Virus record (IMG/VR): IMGVR_UViG_3300042890_000947
Location: 22,230 to 86,229 of that record
Strand: one strand, 5' to 3'
Source of the DNA: a virus
DNA length: 64,000 nt
Position numbers and translations under genes: made by a program. This document shows positions 19,160-29,316 of this stretch, one piece after another (within the stretch, counting starts at the first letter, position 1; every line of letters starts with the position of its first letter). The notes below the pieces were generated by a model. That model searched no databases. It had not been told where the DNA came from and was given only the letters and a program-made list of their open reading frames with translations.

Positions 19160-21715
19160 ATGAAATCTTTCTATACTAATGTTCAGGTCTACGGTTCTCG
19201 TATCCTGTATCGCGGTGTAGAAGACGGAAGAAAAGTCAAGCGAAAGATTGATTATTTCCCAACCCTGTATGTTCCAGCAAAAGAGCATACAGGGTTTTCT
19301 TCCGTTTCTGGTGAAGCTATGGCTGAAATGAAGCCAGGCAACATCCGCGAAACAAGGGACTTTGTTGAAACATACAAAGATGTACAGAACTTCAAAATTT
19401 ATGGCAATCAAAAGTATGAGTATGCTTTTATCGCAGATCATTTCAGTGATGATGTGGACTGGGATCTAAGTCATATCAATGTTACCAATATCGATATCGA
19501 GGTTGGATCCGAGAATGGATTTCCTGAGCCTGGTCAGGCCAGTGAGCCTATCACTGCTATCACATTCAAGAACAATCAAGGCAAGTTTATTGTATTGGGT
19601 TGTGGCAAGTTTGATAACAAGCGCGATGATGTTTGGTATATTCAGTGCCGTGATGAAATCGATCTAATCAAGCGATTCATTGATGAGTGGGCTGACAACT
19701 ATCCAGATATCATTACTGGTTGGAATGTTGAGCGTTTCGATATTCCCTATCTTGTCAATCGTATTCGTAATGTCCTTGGTGAAGACGCAACGAAGCGTCT
19801 GTCTCCTTGGATGATTGTGAATGAGCGTAAGATTCGTGGATATAATGGTGCAGAAGAACAAGCCTATGATCTAATGGGTATTGCTGTTCTGGACTATCTC
19901 GCAATGTATAAGAAGTTTGCTCCAGGTGGTCAGTCTCAGGAATCATATAAGCTTGATGCTATCGCTAATGTAGAAGTTGGTGAGCGTAAGCTTTCGTATG
20001 AAGAGTACGGTAATCTTCATACTCTCTACAAGGACAACTATCAGTTATTCATTGAGTATAACATTAAAGACGTTGAACTGGTAGAAAAGATTGACGATAA
20101 GATCAAACTGATTGAACTTGTTCTAACTCTTGCGTATGATTCCAAGACAAACTACATGGACGCATTCTCTCAGGTGCGTATGTGGGATGCTATCGTTTAT
20201 AATCATCTCCGTAAGAAGAATATTGTTGTTGATCCTATCATCAAGCACCATAAGGATGAAGCATATGTTGGCGCATTCGTCAAGGATCCAATCCTTGGCA
20301 TTCACAAGTGGGTTGCTTCATTCGACTTGAACAGTCTGTATCCGCATTTGATTATGCAGTACAATATCAGCCCAGACACTATTATTGAACCGGAAAAATA
20401 TAATGATGCTCAAAGAAATATTTTGCGTAATCGCGTGGATGTTGACAGCCTATTATCTCGCAATGTTGAGCTTGGCAGCTTGGCAACATCTAATTGCACC
20501 TTAACTCCCAATGGGCAGTTCTTTACAAAAGAACGCCATGGGTTCTTGCCCGAAATTATGGAGACAATGTACAATGACCGCTCTGCGTACAAGAAGAAGG
20601 CTATTACGGCTAAGAAAGAACTTGAGAAAGAGACCGACTCATCAAAACGCTATGAGATTGAAAAACGCATTGCACGATATAACAATCTCCAACTTGCGAA
20701 GAAGGTTTCGCTCAATTCTGCTTACGGCGCTCTTGGCAACCAATATTTCAGGTACTTTGACGTTCGACAGGCCTCGGGTATTACCACGGCCGGTCAACTT
20801 TCTATTCGATGGATAGAAAACAAGATAAACGAGTATCTGAACAAGTTACTCAAGACAAAGGATCACGATTATGTCATTGCGTCAGATACGGACTCGATTT
20901 ACCTATCGCTTGATAAATTGGTCAGCGAGACTATTGTTAAGCAGAAGCCGAATGCTACTACAAGAGAAATCATCACCTTCATGGACAAGGCGTGTGAAGA
21001 TCGGATTCAACCGTTTATTGACAAGGCTTATTCTGAGCTTGCTGAGTATGTAAACGCCTACGAACAGAAGATGCAGATGAAACGCGAAGCTTTGGCCGAC
21101 AAGGGTATCTGGACAGCCAAGAAGCGTTACATTCTGAATGTGTATAACAACGAAGGTGTTGAGTATACGCATCCTAAGATAAAGATCATGGGTCTTGAAA
21201 TGATCAAGTCTTCGACTCCAGCCTATTGTCGTAAGATTCTTTGGGAAGCAATTGATATTGTTCTCAACAAGACTGAGGATGATATGATCAGTATGGTCGA
21301 AACATGGCGTCAAGAGTTCCGTCATCAAAATATTGCTGACATTTCATTCCCTCGCGGCGTGAATGGTCTTGCAAAGTTTTCTGATGTGAACATGGTGTAT
21401 GGTAAAGGTTGTCCAATTCATGTGAGAGGTTCATTGCTGTATAACGCATTTGTCGTTGTCAACAATCTTGATAAGAAGTTGCCTCTTATCAAAGAAGGCG
21501 AGAAGATCAAGTTTCTTTTCCTGAAAGAACCGAATCATCTTCATTCGAATGTAATTGCTTTCCCGCAATCGCTGCCAGATGAATTTGAATTGAAATCGTA
21601 TATCGACCATGATACACAATTCGAGAAGTCTTTTGTGGAACCATTGAAGATCATCCTTGATAGTATTGGTTGGAAGACAGAACAAGTTAGTTCACTAGAG
21701 GATTTCTTTTCATGA
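19160..21715 (+). CDS. 43: Family B DNA polymerase
   Basis: DIEV exo I, SFDLNSLYPH, KVSLNSAYG, SDTDS, C-term clamp-binding SLEDFFS. Confidence 0.97.
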   Translation: MKSFYTNVQVYGSRILYRGVEDGRKVKRKIDYFPTLYVPAKEHTGFSSVSGEAMAEMKPGNIRETRDFVETYKDVQNFKIYGNQKYEYAFIADHFSDDVDWDLSHINVTNIDIEVGSENGFPEPGQASEPITAITFKNNQGKFIVLGCGKFDNKRDDVWYIQCRDEIDLIKRFIDEWADNYPDIITGWNVERFDIPYLVNRIRNVLGEDATKRLSPWMIVNERKIRGYNGAEEQAYDLMGIAVLDYLAMYKKFAPGGQSQESYKLDAIANVEVGERKLSYEEYGNLHTLYKDNYQLFIEYNIKDVELVEKIDDKIKLIELVLTLAYDSKTNYMDAFSQVRMWDAIVYNHLRKKNIVVDPIIKHHKDEAYVGAFVKDPILGIHKWVASFDLNSLYPHLIMQYNISPDTIIEPEKYNDAQRNILRNRVDVDSLLSRNVELGSLATSNCTLTPNGQFFTKERHGFLPEIMETMYNDRSAYKKKAITAKKELEKETDSSKRYEIEKRIARYNNLQLAKKVSLNSAYGALGNQYFRYFDVRQASGITTAGQLSIRWIENKINEYLNKLLKTKDHDYVIASDTDSIYLSLDKLVSETIVKQKPNATTREIITFMDKACEDRIQPFIDKAYSELAEYVNAYEQKMQMKREALADKGIWTAKKRYILNVYNNEGVEYTHPKIKIMGLEMIKSSTPAYCRKILWEAIDIVLNKTEDDMISMVETWRQEFRHQNIADISFPRGVNGLAKFSDVNMVYGKGCPIHVRGSLLYNAFVVVNNLDKKLPLIKEGEKIKFLFLKEPNHLHSNVIAFPQSLPDEFELKSYIDHDTQFEKSFVEPLKIILDSIGWKTEQVSSLEDFFS

Positions 21716-22170
21716 AGTTAGATTTTTGTGCGGTATGTGGTACAACAAACGATTTACATCAACATCATATTGAGCCTGTTGTTTACAGTAGAATAAACAG
21801 AAAAGCAAAAAATAAGAATTATGATTCTAACAAAAAATTAAAGGATTGTACTTCAATAGAAGTCTTTGCGTGGCTTTTTGACAAAGGGATTATTACGGAA
21901 GATGAAACAATTACTGTATGTTCATATCATCATAATTTGATGCATGGTCTCATAAGATTTCAAAAATATGAACATAGTAATATGATCAAAGAAGGACAAA
22001 AGACTGCCAAAGAGAAGGGCATTAAAATAGGCAGACCGACGAAATTAACAGAAGAATTAAAATCTAAAATTAGTATCATGAGAAATTCCGGAATAGGTAT
22101 AAAGAAGATCGCAAAAGATTGTTGTGTTGGCGTAGGAACTGTGTATGAGGTATTAAGAACTTCTAAATAA
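21712..22170 (+). CDS. HNH-like nuclease fused to resolvase-type HTH
   Basis: CAVCG..HQHH..TVCSYHHNLMH; C-term KEG..AKEKGIKIGRP + HTH. Confidence 0.65.
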   Translation: MKLDFCAVCGTTNDLHQHHIEPVVYSRINRKAKNKNYDSNKKLKDCTSIEVFAWLFDKGIITEDETITVCSYHHNLMHGLIRFQKYEHSNMIKEGQKTAKEKGIKIGRPTKLTEELKSKISIMRNSGIGIKKIAKDCCVGVGTVYEVLRTSK

Positions 22171-22173
22171 GAG

Positions 22174-22959
22174 ATGAAACAACATTTCTTAAACTATCTG
22201 GTCTTTCTAACAGGACTAATCATATCAGGCGTTGCTGCTTACTACTCAATCATAGGTCTTACTGCTATCTTTGCAGGAGCATTTTGGCCTGTGGTCATTA
22301 TGGGCACTTCACTTGAGTTTGGCAAACTCGTCGCAGTATCATGGCTATACAATAACTGGAAACAAACGCCGTTTCTAATCAAGTCATATCTCACAATATC
22401 AATAGTGGTTCTCATGCTGATAACAAGCATGGGAATCTTTGGCTTTTTATCAAGAGCGCACATAGAACAGACACTAACAATGAACACTGGTGTTAGTGAT
22501 CAAATTGAAATTGTTGATAACGATATAAAGTTTCAAGAGGAACGTATCGCAGATTTGGATAAACAGATAAAAGTCATCGATGATTCCATTTCAAAGATGA
22601 TTGAAAAGGGGCAAACTAAATCTTCCTTACAGGCTGCAAAGCAACAAAAGGAAACTAGACAAACTCTTGTGGATGAAAAAAGAGCAGAGATTGATAAGAT
22701 CGGCAAATTAAAGACAGATAAAATCAAATTACAATCCAATCAAAAAAAGATTGAAGCGGAAGTCGGCCCACTAAAATATGTGGCCGAACTTATCTATGGG
22801 TCAGATGATCAACAATTACTTGACAAAGCCGTTAGATTTGTTATAATAGTTCTCATATTTGTATTTGATCCTTTAGCGGTATTGCTCCTATTAGCATTCA
22901 ATATATCGATGAGCAGATCAAGACGAATGGAATACTTAACAATGGATGAGTTGGAATAA
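22174..22959 (+). CDS. Conserved membrane/coiled-coil phage protein
   Basis: TM helices, SMGIFGFLSRAH, EAEVGPLKYVAE, FVFDPLAV. Confidence 0.7.
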   Translation: MKQHFLNYLVFLTGLIISGVAAYYSIIGLTAIFAGAFWPVVIMGTSLEFGKLVAVSWLYNNWKQTPFLIKSYLTISIVVLMLITSMGIFGFLSRAHIEQTLTMNTGVSDQIEIVDNDIKFQEERIADLDKQIKVIDDSISKMIEKGQTKSSLQAAKQQKETRQTLVDEKRAEIDKIGKLKTDKIKLQSNQKKIEAEVGPLKYVAELIYGSDDQQLLDKAVRFVIIVLIFVFDPLAVLLLLAFNISMSRSRRMEYLTMDELE

Positions 22960-23327
22960 TGGATAGTTATGATGATTTGAATGATAGGAATCAACCGATG
23001 TTACATGAATCGATGAAGCGCCCATGGGGTGAATGGCATGTACTTGATGTAGATCAGGGATATAAGGTAAAGCGCCTACACATTCTACCTGATCAGGCTA
23101 TTTCACTACAGTATCACAATCATCGTTCGGAACATTGGACGATTGTGCAGGGTGAAGGCAAGGTCATCGTTGATGGTAATATCTTTACTGTTAGTAAGGG
23201 CGAATCATTTCATGTGCCTCGCATGTCTTTACACAAGATTACGAATACTCACCTACATGAAACTTTGATTGCTATTGAGGTTCAGATGGGGGAGATATGT
23301 AGCGAAGAAGATATCGTTCGCTGCTAA
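22959..23327 (+). CDS. Mannose-6-phosphate isomerase type II-like cupin
   Basis: RPWG, ISLQYHNHRSEHW, IEVQMG, EEDIVR. Confidence 0.85.
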   Translation: MDSYDDLNDRNQPMLHESMKRPWGEWHVLDVDQGYKVKRLHILPDQAISLQYHNHRSEHWTIVQGEGKVIVDGNIFTVSKGESFHVPRMSLHKITNTHLHETLIAIEVQMGEICSEEDIVRC

Positions 23328-23378
23328 ATACGGCGTCACGGAGATTCGTGACTTAACACATAATATTGGAGAATCAAT

Positions 23379-24431
23379 ATGAGTAATATGTTTAACTCCC
23401 TATTAAAGGAGATTGATAATGAGTATGCGGGTATCGCAGAAGACGGCGTTGAAGCTGGTGATGTTACTGGGTTCATTGGTACCGGCAGCTATAGCCTCAA
23501 TGCTTTGCTTTCTGGTAGTATATACGGCGGCCTCCCTGCTAACAAGGTTACCGCACTTGCAGGTGAACCTTCAACCGGAAAGACCTTTTATGCGATTAAC
23601 ATCGTTCGACAGTTCCTCAGGGACAACGAAACAGGGTTCGTCTTCTACTTCGAATCCGAATCCGCTATATCTAAGCAAATGCTGGCAGATAGAGAGATTG
23701 ACACAAAGCGAGTTGCTGTTGTGCCGGTCGCAACTATCCAAGAGTTCCGCACTCAAGCCGTAAAAATCCTCGACAAGTATATTGAAAGCAAGAATGAAAA
23801 GGATCGTCCTCAGATGCTTTTTGTTCTCGACTCACTTGGCAATCTTTCTACTACGAAAGAGATGGAGGATATTGCTGATGGTAAAGACACACGCGATATG
23901 ACACGCGCACAACTTGTTCGTGGTGCTTTCCGTGTTCTCACTCTAAAGCTTGGCAAGGCCAAAGTTCCTCTCATCGTGACAAATCACGTTTATGATGTTG
24001 TTGGTGCTTATGTCCCAACTAAGAAGATGGGTGGTGGTTCTGGTCTTGAATATGCTGCGTCTACTATTCTCTTCCTGTCTAAGAAGAAGGATAAGGACAA
24101 GTCCGATAACTCCATTACTGGTGCTATCATCACCGCAAATCTCAAGAAGGCGCGTTTGACAATCGAGAATAAGAAGGTCGAAACTCTTCTTGACTATGCA
24201 ACTGGTCTTGATCCATACTATGGTCTTCTGGACTTGGCAGAGAAGTTTGGTATCTTCAAGAAGGTAACAACTCGTTACGAACTTCCTAATGGAACTAAAG
24301 TCTTTGAATCAGCCATCGAAAAGAATCCTGAGAAGTATTTCACTAAGGATATTCTCGACCAGATTGATGAAAAGTGTAAGGATGAATTCCTCTACGGCAA
24401 GTCTAATGTTGCAGCAGTGGAGGAAGAATAA
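23379..24431 (+). CDS. uvsX: RecA-like recombinase UvsX
   Basis: [26 protein letters not shown]. Confidence 0.95.
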   Translation: MSNMFNSLLKEIDNEYAGIAEDGVEAGDVTGFIGTGSYSLNALLSGSIYGGLPANKVTALAGEPSTGKTFYAINIVRQFLRDNETGFVFYFESESAISKQMLADREIDTKRVAVVPVATIQEFRTQAVKILDKYIESKNEKDRPQMLFVLDSLGNLSTTKEMEDIADGKDTRDMTRAQLVRGAFRVLTLKLGKAKVPLIVTNHVYDVVGAYVPTKKMGGGSGLEYAASTILFLSKKKDKDKSDNSITGAIITANLKKARLTIENKKVETLLDYATGLDPYYGLLDLAEKFGIFKKVTTRYELPNGTKVFESAIEKNPEKYFTKDILDQIDEKCKDEFLYGKSNVAAVEEE

Positions 24432-24622
24432 TGAGTTTCCTTGAAAAAGCTAATGACAAATACGGCGCCATCTTCATAGTTTGTGCCGCAGTAACTCTAA
24501 TACTACTTCTATTAGTCTGTGTTGGCATTGCAATTCTGACGAATGGTTTATTCCTTTTGTTGTTTCCATTAGGATTCATCTACATGCTGTATAAGACCTA
24601 TCGTGAGGGAGATAATCAATGA
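24431..24622 (+). CDS. Small membrane protein
   Basis: Two hydrophobic segments. Confidence 0.55.
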   Translation: MSFLEKANDKYGAIFIVCAAVTLILLLLVCVGIAILTNGLFLLLFPLGFIYMLYKTYREGDNQ

Positions 24623-24942
24623 TCATCGGTAAAGACTATCTCCTAAGAGATGATTTGTACGAAGAAGATAAGACGATGCCCATTCAGTTATTGACTGGGC
24701 CGTATAAAGATGTTATACTTCGCTATACAACCGTGTCCATCAAAGAGATGGAGAATGATCAAGCCAAGATGTTGTTTGATTATGATCTACTTGAGATGGG
24801 CGATCACACCGAAACATCGCTTCGGAAAGATGTGAAGTTCACACAACATGTTGGACTTGTATTGAATACGATGATTCTGGAAACTTTGGAGGAAAAGTAT
24901 GCAACTGGAGAAAACGATCCTACGGAATTTGTTGAGGAATGA
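24619..24942 (+). CDS. Probable gp40-like head vertex assembly chaperone
   Basis: Position between uvsX and gp41 as in T4; size ~107 aa. Confidence 0.5.
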   Translation: MIIGKDYLLRDDLYEEDKTMPIQLLTGPYKDVILRYTTVSIKEMENDQAKMLFDYDLLEMGDHTETSLRKDVKFTQHVGLVLNTMILETLEEKYATGENDPTEFVEE

Positions 24943-26290
24943 TGACTATACCCGCAAGGTATTGCCATTCATTAAGAACGAATATTTCTCGTCGGAAGAA
25001 GATCGGGTTCTCTACAAGGAGATAAAGGACTTTGTTATCAAGTATAACAAGGCTCCTACCTATGATGCTTTACAGATTGAAGTTGATTCCCTTCCATCTT
25101 TGAAAGAAGATCAGGTCAAGAGTATCAATACCACAATCAATGACTTTCGTTCTAACACAGACGATACAAACATTGATTGGCTTGTTGATAGCACTGAAAA
25201 GTTCTGCCAAGAAAAGGCTCTGTATCATGCTATCATGTCCTCAATCGAAATCATGAACAACAAGAATGGCTCCCTTACAACGGGGGCCATTCCCTCTATT
25301 CTTTCGGATGCTTTGGCTGTATCGTTTGATCCAAATGTTGGTCACGATTATCTTGAAGATTTCGATAAGCGATATGATTATTACCATCGTGTGCTTGAGA
25401 AGATTCCATTTGACCTTGAATTCTTCAACAAGATCACCAAAGATGGTCTACCAAAGAAGACTTTGAATATCGCACTGGCTGGTACTGGTGTCGGTAAGTC
25501 TTTGTTCATGTGTCATGTTGCTGCTTCGTGTTTGAACCAAGGCAAGAATGTATTGTATATCACTCTTGAGTTGGCCGAAGAAGAGGTAGCAAAGCGTATT
25601 GATGCCAATCTTATGAACATTACCTTTGAAGACCTAATGGCTCTATCGAAGGATATGTATGAGAAGAAAGCCAATATGATCAAGTCTAAGACAAATGGCA
25701 AGTTGATCGTTAAGGAATATCCAACAGCTGGCGCATCCTCGATGCATTTCAAGGCATTGTTGAATGAGTTGAATTTGAAGAAGTCATTCAAGCCAGATAT
25801 TATCTTTATCGATTATCTCAACATTTGTATGTCCTCGCGCGTGAAGCCTGGTTCCAATATCAATTCATATACCTACATTAAGTCTATCGCAGAAGAGTTG
25901 CGTGGTCTTGCTGTAGAGTTTGAAGTGCCAGTTGTTTCAGCCACACAGACAACCAGAAGCGGCTTCACATCTTCCGATGTTGGTCTTGAAGATACTTCCG
26001 AATCATTTGGTTTGCCAGCAACGGCTGACTTCATGTTTGCCTTGATATCTACCGAAGAACTACAAGCACTCGGTCAGATTATGGTAAAGCAGTTGAAGAA
26101 CCGATACAATGATCCTACAATGAACAAGAGATTTATGTTGGGTATTGACAGATCAAAGATGAAGTTGTATGATGTAGAGAACACCGCACAGATGGATATC
26201 ATCGATAGCGGGCAGACTTCTAATACACCTAAGATTCCACAGAAACAGTTTGGCAACAATAAAGATAAGTTCAAAGGATTCAAAGTATGA
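24899..26290 (+). CDS. 41: Replicative DnaB-like helicase gp41
   Basis: LAGTGVGKS, KEYPT, IDYLN, AEELRGLA, SESFGLP, KQLKNRY. Confidence 0.96.
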   Translation: MQLEKTILRNLLRNDDYTRKVLPFIKNEYFSSEEDRVLYKEIKDFVIKYNKAPTYDALQIEVDSLPSLKEDQVKSINTTINDFRSNTDDTNIDWLVDSTEKFCQEKALYHAIMSSIEIMNNKNGSLTTGAIPSILSDALAVSFDPNVGHDYLEDFDKRYDYYHRVLEKIPFDLEFFNKITKDGLPKKTLNIALAGTGVGKSLFMCHVAASCLNQGKNVLYITLELAEEEVAKRIDANLMNITFEDLMALSKDMYEKKANMIKSKTNGKLIVKEYPTAGASSMHFKALLNELNLKKSFKPDIIFIDYLNICMSSRVKPGSNINSYTYIKSIAEELRGLAVEFEVPVVSATQTTRSGFTSSDVGLEDTSESFGLPATADFMFALISTEELQALGQIMVKQLKNRYNDPTMNKRFMLGIDRSKMKLYDVENTAQMDIIDSGQTSNTPKIPQKQFGNNKDKFKGFKV

Positions 26291-26292
26291 AA

Positions 26293-26532
26293 ATGACCAA
26301 GTATGATGTAGTACCGTTCAAGGAAAATGATGATTACATGTGGGGAGTTTTTGAACTTGCTACCGAACAAGTGATTGAAACTTTTTTCTTTGAGGAAGAT
26401 GCCATGAGAATGGCAAAGCATTTAGACCGCGGTGCTGGATTCTCTGGCTGGACTCCAGGCTTTCTTCTAACAAAGGTTGTAGTCAAGGAAGATATCAACC
26501 AGAAGTTTAGTGAGCTGGTTTTGAGCAAGTAG
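26293..26532 (+). CDS. Hypothetical protein
   Basis: GAGFSGWTP motif; follows gp41. Confidence 0.6.
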   Translation: MTKYDVVPFKENDDYMWGVFELATEQVIETFFFEEDAMRMAKHLDRGAGFSGWTPGFLLTKVVVKEDINQKFSELVLSK

Positions 26533-26566
26533 CAGCACCCCAGAACCGCTCAGATTTGACAGATTT

Positions 26567-26644
26567 GGAAGCGGCTGGAGACGGGTCTGGAGAGCGGTTG
26601 GTACGATTACGCCAAGCCTCAAACCACCCGTTCCAGCCGCTTCC
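26567..26644. repeat. GC-rich long inverted repeat / hairpin
   Basis: GGAAGCGGCTGGA-G-ACGGGT pairs with ACCCGT-TCCAGCCGCTTCC (19 bp, one bulge). Confidence 0.85.
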
Positions 26645-26670
26645 TATTGCGTCTGGATTCGACCCAATGA

Positions 26671-26710
26671 TATCAATGACTTAGCCGGACGAGAAATCAA
26701 TGACTTAGCC
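26671..26710 (+). promoter_or_regulatory. Two direct repeats matching the IHF consensus
   Basis: TATCAATGACTTAGCC and AATCAATGACTTAGCC fit WATCAANNNNTTR, 24 bp apart. Confidence 0.6.
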
Positions 26711-26783
26711 CATGCGGCCAGAGCATAGCAGGTATGCGGAATGAACCCTTGAAAATCGGGGTTGCCATCCCCATCTATAGTAT
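26711..26783 (+). promoter_or_regulatory. 73-bp composite early promoter, copy 1
   Basis: ATGC-N7-GCAT-N7-ATGC, then TTGAAA-N7-TTGC-N7-ATCTATAGTAT; 4 ungapped copies in window. Confidence 0.8.
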
Positions 26784-27227
26784 ATGATGACGGAGACTAC
26801 CATGACCCTCGCTGAACACCTCGCTGCCCTCAATGCTGAGAAGCTGGCTTGGATCGCCGAAGATCCCGATAATCGCTGGACTGGTCTTTATGTCGAGGAA
26901 CTCGATTTCTGGGCTGAGATGGGCGTCACGACCGTGGCTCAGTTCAAGCGATACGAAAACGAAAGTTTCTTCTGGGAGATGTACAAGGACGTTACGGGTT
27001 GTCGCCCGCGCCACATCAACCTAAAGGACATGTCCGACGAGGAACTGGAACATGAGATTAACCTTCTCAGCCGCATGATGGAAGACGAAATCAAGCGCGA
27101 GGAAGAATGGCGCGCTCAGGAGATGATCTACATTCAGGAAGACGCTGAGGAAGAAAACATCAAGCGCGATGAAGCTCCGCTTCCGATTGACTATGTGGCT
27201 CACAACTATCAGGATGGATGGCTCTAA
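26784..27227 (+). CDS. Hypothetical early protein
   Basis: YKDVTGCRPRH motif; first gene after promoter. Confidence 0.65.
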   Translation: MMTETTMTLAEHLAALNAEKLAWIAEDPDNRWTGLYVEELDFWAEMGVTTVAQFKRYENESFFWEMYKDVTGCRPRHINLKDMSDEELEHEINLLSRMMEDEIKREEEWRAQEMIYIQEDAEEENIKRDEAPLPIDYVAHNYQDGWL

Positions 27228-27322
27228 TGGCCCTTGAAATTTTTGTTCGCGTTTCGCTCTTTATTGCGCTAATCGCATATCTTGTCTGGTTCTGGTCAAC
27301 GGTTTATTCGTGGGTGCTCTAA
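27227..27322 (+). CDS. Small single-TM protein (31 aa)
   Basis: MALEIFVRVSLFIALIAYLVWFWSTVYSWVL; TAATG coupling. Confidence 0.45.
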   Translation: MALEIFVRVSLFIALIAYLVWFWSTVYSWVL

Positions 27323-27462
27323 TGCTTAGATTTCTACTCGGTATGGTTCTGGGCGCTTCGGCCACGACTGGTCTTGGCTTACAGATTGTGATGGGTACCA
27401 TCGGCTTCGGCTTCATGGCTTGGGGCTTCTATTCAATGCTTATGCATGGAGAATTGGAATGA
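27322..27462 (+). CDS. Small membrane protein (46 aa)
   Basis: MLRFLLGMVLGASATTGLGLQIVMGTIGFGFMAWGFYSMLMHGELE; coupled. Confidence 0.45.
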   Translation: MLRFLLGMVLGASATTGLGLQIVMGTIGFGFMAWGFYSMLMHGELE

Positions 27463-27647
27463 CCGTTTCTGAAAAGATTAAAGCGCGAATTGCGTTTCTG
27501 AAAACTCGGATTTCTAATCTCTCGGAAGATTATGAAGATTATTCCGATGGTAAGATTGCAGCGTTTGAGGAAGATATCAACTTTCTCATAGAAATGCTGG
27601 ATGAAATTGAGTGTAAGGCTCTGAAGGAAGAGGGTTACAATGTTTAG
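27459..27647 (+). CDS. Hypothetical protein
   Basis: ATGA overlap, GGAG RBS. Confidence 0.5.
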   Translation: MTVSEKIKARIAFLKTRISNLSEDYEDYSDGKIAAFEEDINFLIEMLDEIECKALKEEGYNV

Positions 27648-27897
27648 CACCGATAAAAATGCCTATATGAACGGCTTTCATATGACTTTCGCAAACGGTT
27701 GGACTGTCTCGGTTCAATTCGGCAAGGGTAACTATATCTCGGATCGTGGTCATCACGGCCAGAGTGTAGATGCCGAGATTGCCGCTTGGGACAAGGATGG
27801 CGCTTGGTATCGTTTTGCCGATCAGGGCGATAATGTCAAGGGTTGGGTTAAGGCCGACGAGGTCGCGGACTTCATGGCGATGATAAAGGCAAAGTAA
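27640..27897 (+). CDS. Hypothetical phage protein
   Basis: FANGWTVSVQFGKGNY..AEIA..VKGW. Confidence 0.6.
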   Translation: MFSTDKNAYMNGFHMTFANGWTVSVQFGKGNYISDRGHHGQSVDAEIAAWDKDGAWYRFADQGDNVKGWVKADEVADFMAMIKAK

Positions 27898-28086
27898 ATG
27901 AAAGTTTATGCTGCGGTTGGTCTAACGGCTCGAATTGATTGGGCTTCTAGATCCGATATCAAAATTCTCGGCTACTACAAAACGAGAGAAGGCGCCGAGA
28001 GAAAAATTACAAAGATGAAAGAAAGTAATTCGTGGTACATGGACTGGGAAGAGTTCGGTATTGATGCAATTACAATTGAGGACTAA
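27898..28086 (+). CDS. Hypothetical protein
   Basis: ORF in early operon. Confidence 0.5.
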   Translation: MKVYAAVGLTARIDWASRSDIKILGYYKTREGAERKITKMKESNSWYMDWEEFGIDAITIED

Positions 28087-28091
28087 AACTA

Positions 28092-28601
28092 ATGGACATT
28101 AAGATCATCGGCAAGGCCAAGCACATGTGTAAGGCCGAAATCAAGTTCGCTACCGCCTTCTTTGCCAACTATGTGATGGGTGAGCGTCTAGCCAAAAACC
28201 TTGACTTTGAAATCCGTTTCGAGGATCAGGGTAAGATGGCCGAAGGGCATTGTAATCCTATTGATGCTGAACGGCGTCCTCGTTCGTTTGAGATTGGTAT
28301 CAATCCAAGACTCCAGCGTTATAAGATGCTCCAGTGTCTCGCGCATGAGATGGTTCATGTGAAGCAGTATGCCCGTGGTGAGTTGTCTTCCGAATTGATC
28401 ACCGCGAAGTGGCAGGGTAAGGTCTACAAGATTACCAATTCGTTTGAGGACTATCTCAACTATCCTTGGGAAGTGGAAGCTTATGGGCGTGACCGTTCGC
28501 TCTACCTGTTCTATCAGGTGATGTTGAAGTCGGAAAAGGTCAAGTTCAAGAACGGAAAACTTTACATCGGCGGTAAGCTGATGCGTTTCAACAAGACTTG
28601 A
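28092..28601 (+). CDS. Zincin-like metallopeptidase
   Basis: LAHEMVHVKQY (HExxH) and PWEVEAY. Confidence 0.75.
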   Translation: MDIKIIGKAKHMCKAEIKFATAFFANYVMGERLAKNLDFEIRFEDQGKMAEGHCNPIDAERRPRSFEIGINPRLQRYKMLQCLAHEMVHVKQYARGELSSELITAKWQGKVYKITNSFEDYLNYPWEVEAYGRDRSLYLFYQVMLKSEKVKFKNGKLYIGGKLMRFNKT

Positions 28602-28632
28602 CAAACCGATTGGATAGTGCTAATATATAAAC

Positions 28633-28860
28633 ATGATGACAAAGCAACGGAATATTCAAGTCGGTGATCTGGTTCATGTTCGTACGGAATACAAGTACGG
28701 CGCACGACACAGTGTCTCTATCAAGTCTGGAAGGGTTATTAAAAGTGAGCGACATGATCATAAAGATACTTTTCGTTTATACACTGGCAATCCTCAGTAC
28801 CCCGTTTCTGTTATCGCATTTGAACGGGTCACTGGTATTAAGCTTCGCGAGGTCGCGTAA
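28633..28860 (+). CDS. Hypothetical protein
   Basis: Preceded by TTGACA-N18-TAATAT. Confidence 0.5.
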   Translation: MMTKQRNIQVGDLVHVRTEYKYGARHSVSIKSGRVIKSERHDHKDTFRLYTGNPQYPVSVIAFERVTGIKLREVA

Positions 28861-29048
28861 TGGTTAGGTCTTATGATGTAGATTTTTATGTTCTTGACAA
28901 TCGTGCTGGATTCATGCTATACTGTTTTGAAGAAGATGATTGTGTCCATGAGCAGTTCTACCGCAATTCGGATGATGCTCACTATGTTGGCCATAAGTTT
29001 CTTGATGGATGTTATGTCAAGGGTTATATTCTTGAGGATGTAGCATAA
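28860..29048 (+). CDS. Hypothetical protein
   Basis: Coupled start, GAGG RBS. Confidence 0.5.
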   Translation: MVRSYDVDFYVLDNRAGFMLYCFEEDDCVHEQFYRNSDDAHYVGHKFLDGCYVKGYILEDVA

Positions 29049-29058
29049 ATAAAAAACT

Positions 29059-29135
29059 GGTTCCGTAGTTCAACTGGATAGAGCAGTCGCCTTCTAAGCG
29101 ACGAGTTGGGGGTTCGAATCCCTCCGGAACCGCCA
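29059..29135 (+). tRNA. tRNA-Arg(TCT)
   Basis: GTCGC-CTTCTAA-GCGAC; TTCGAAT; CCA. Confidence 0.95.
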
Positions 29136-29136
29136 T

Positions 29137-29219
29137 GTCCCCTTGGTGTAATCGGTAGCCACGGCAGACTTAAAATCTGCTTCTTCGGAGTGCCAGTTCG
29201 AGTCTGGCAGGGGACACCA
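29137..29219 (+). tRNA. tRNA-Leu(TAA)
   Basis: GCAGA-CTTAAAA-TCTGC; V-arm; CCA. Confidence 0.95.
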
Positions 29220-29224
29220 ATCAA

Positions 29225-29300
29225 GCGCCTATAGCTCAATGGTTAGAGCTGACGGCTCATAACCGTCTGGTTCCGGGTTCGAATCCTGGTGGGCGCACCA
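29225..29300 (+). tRNA. tRNA-CAT, Ile2 (lysidine)-like
   Basis: GACGG-CTCATAA-CCGTC; body resembles bacterial Ile2. Confidence 0.8.
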
Positions 29301-29316
29301 AATAATGAGGAAAGTA

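Noticed and set aside
19160-26290. Introns or inteins in gp43, uvsX, gp41 (also nrdJ)
   Set aside because: Uninterrupted ORFs of normal length with no splice motifs
26761-26766. TTGC in the 73-bp repeat as a sigma54 -12 box
   Set aside because: No GG at the -24 position in any of the four copies
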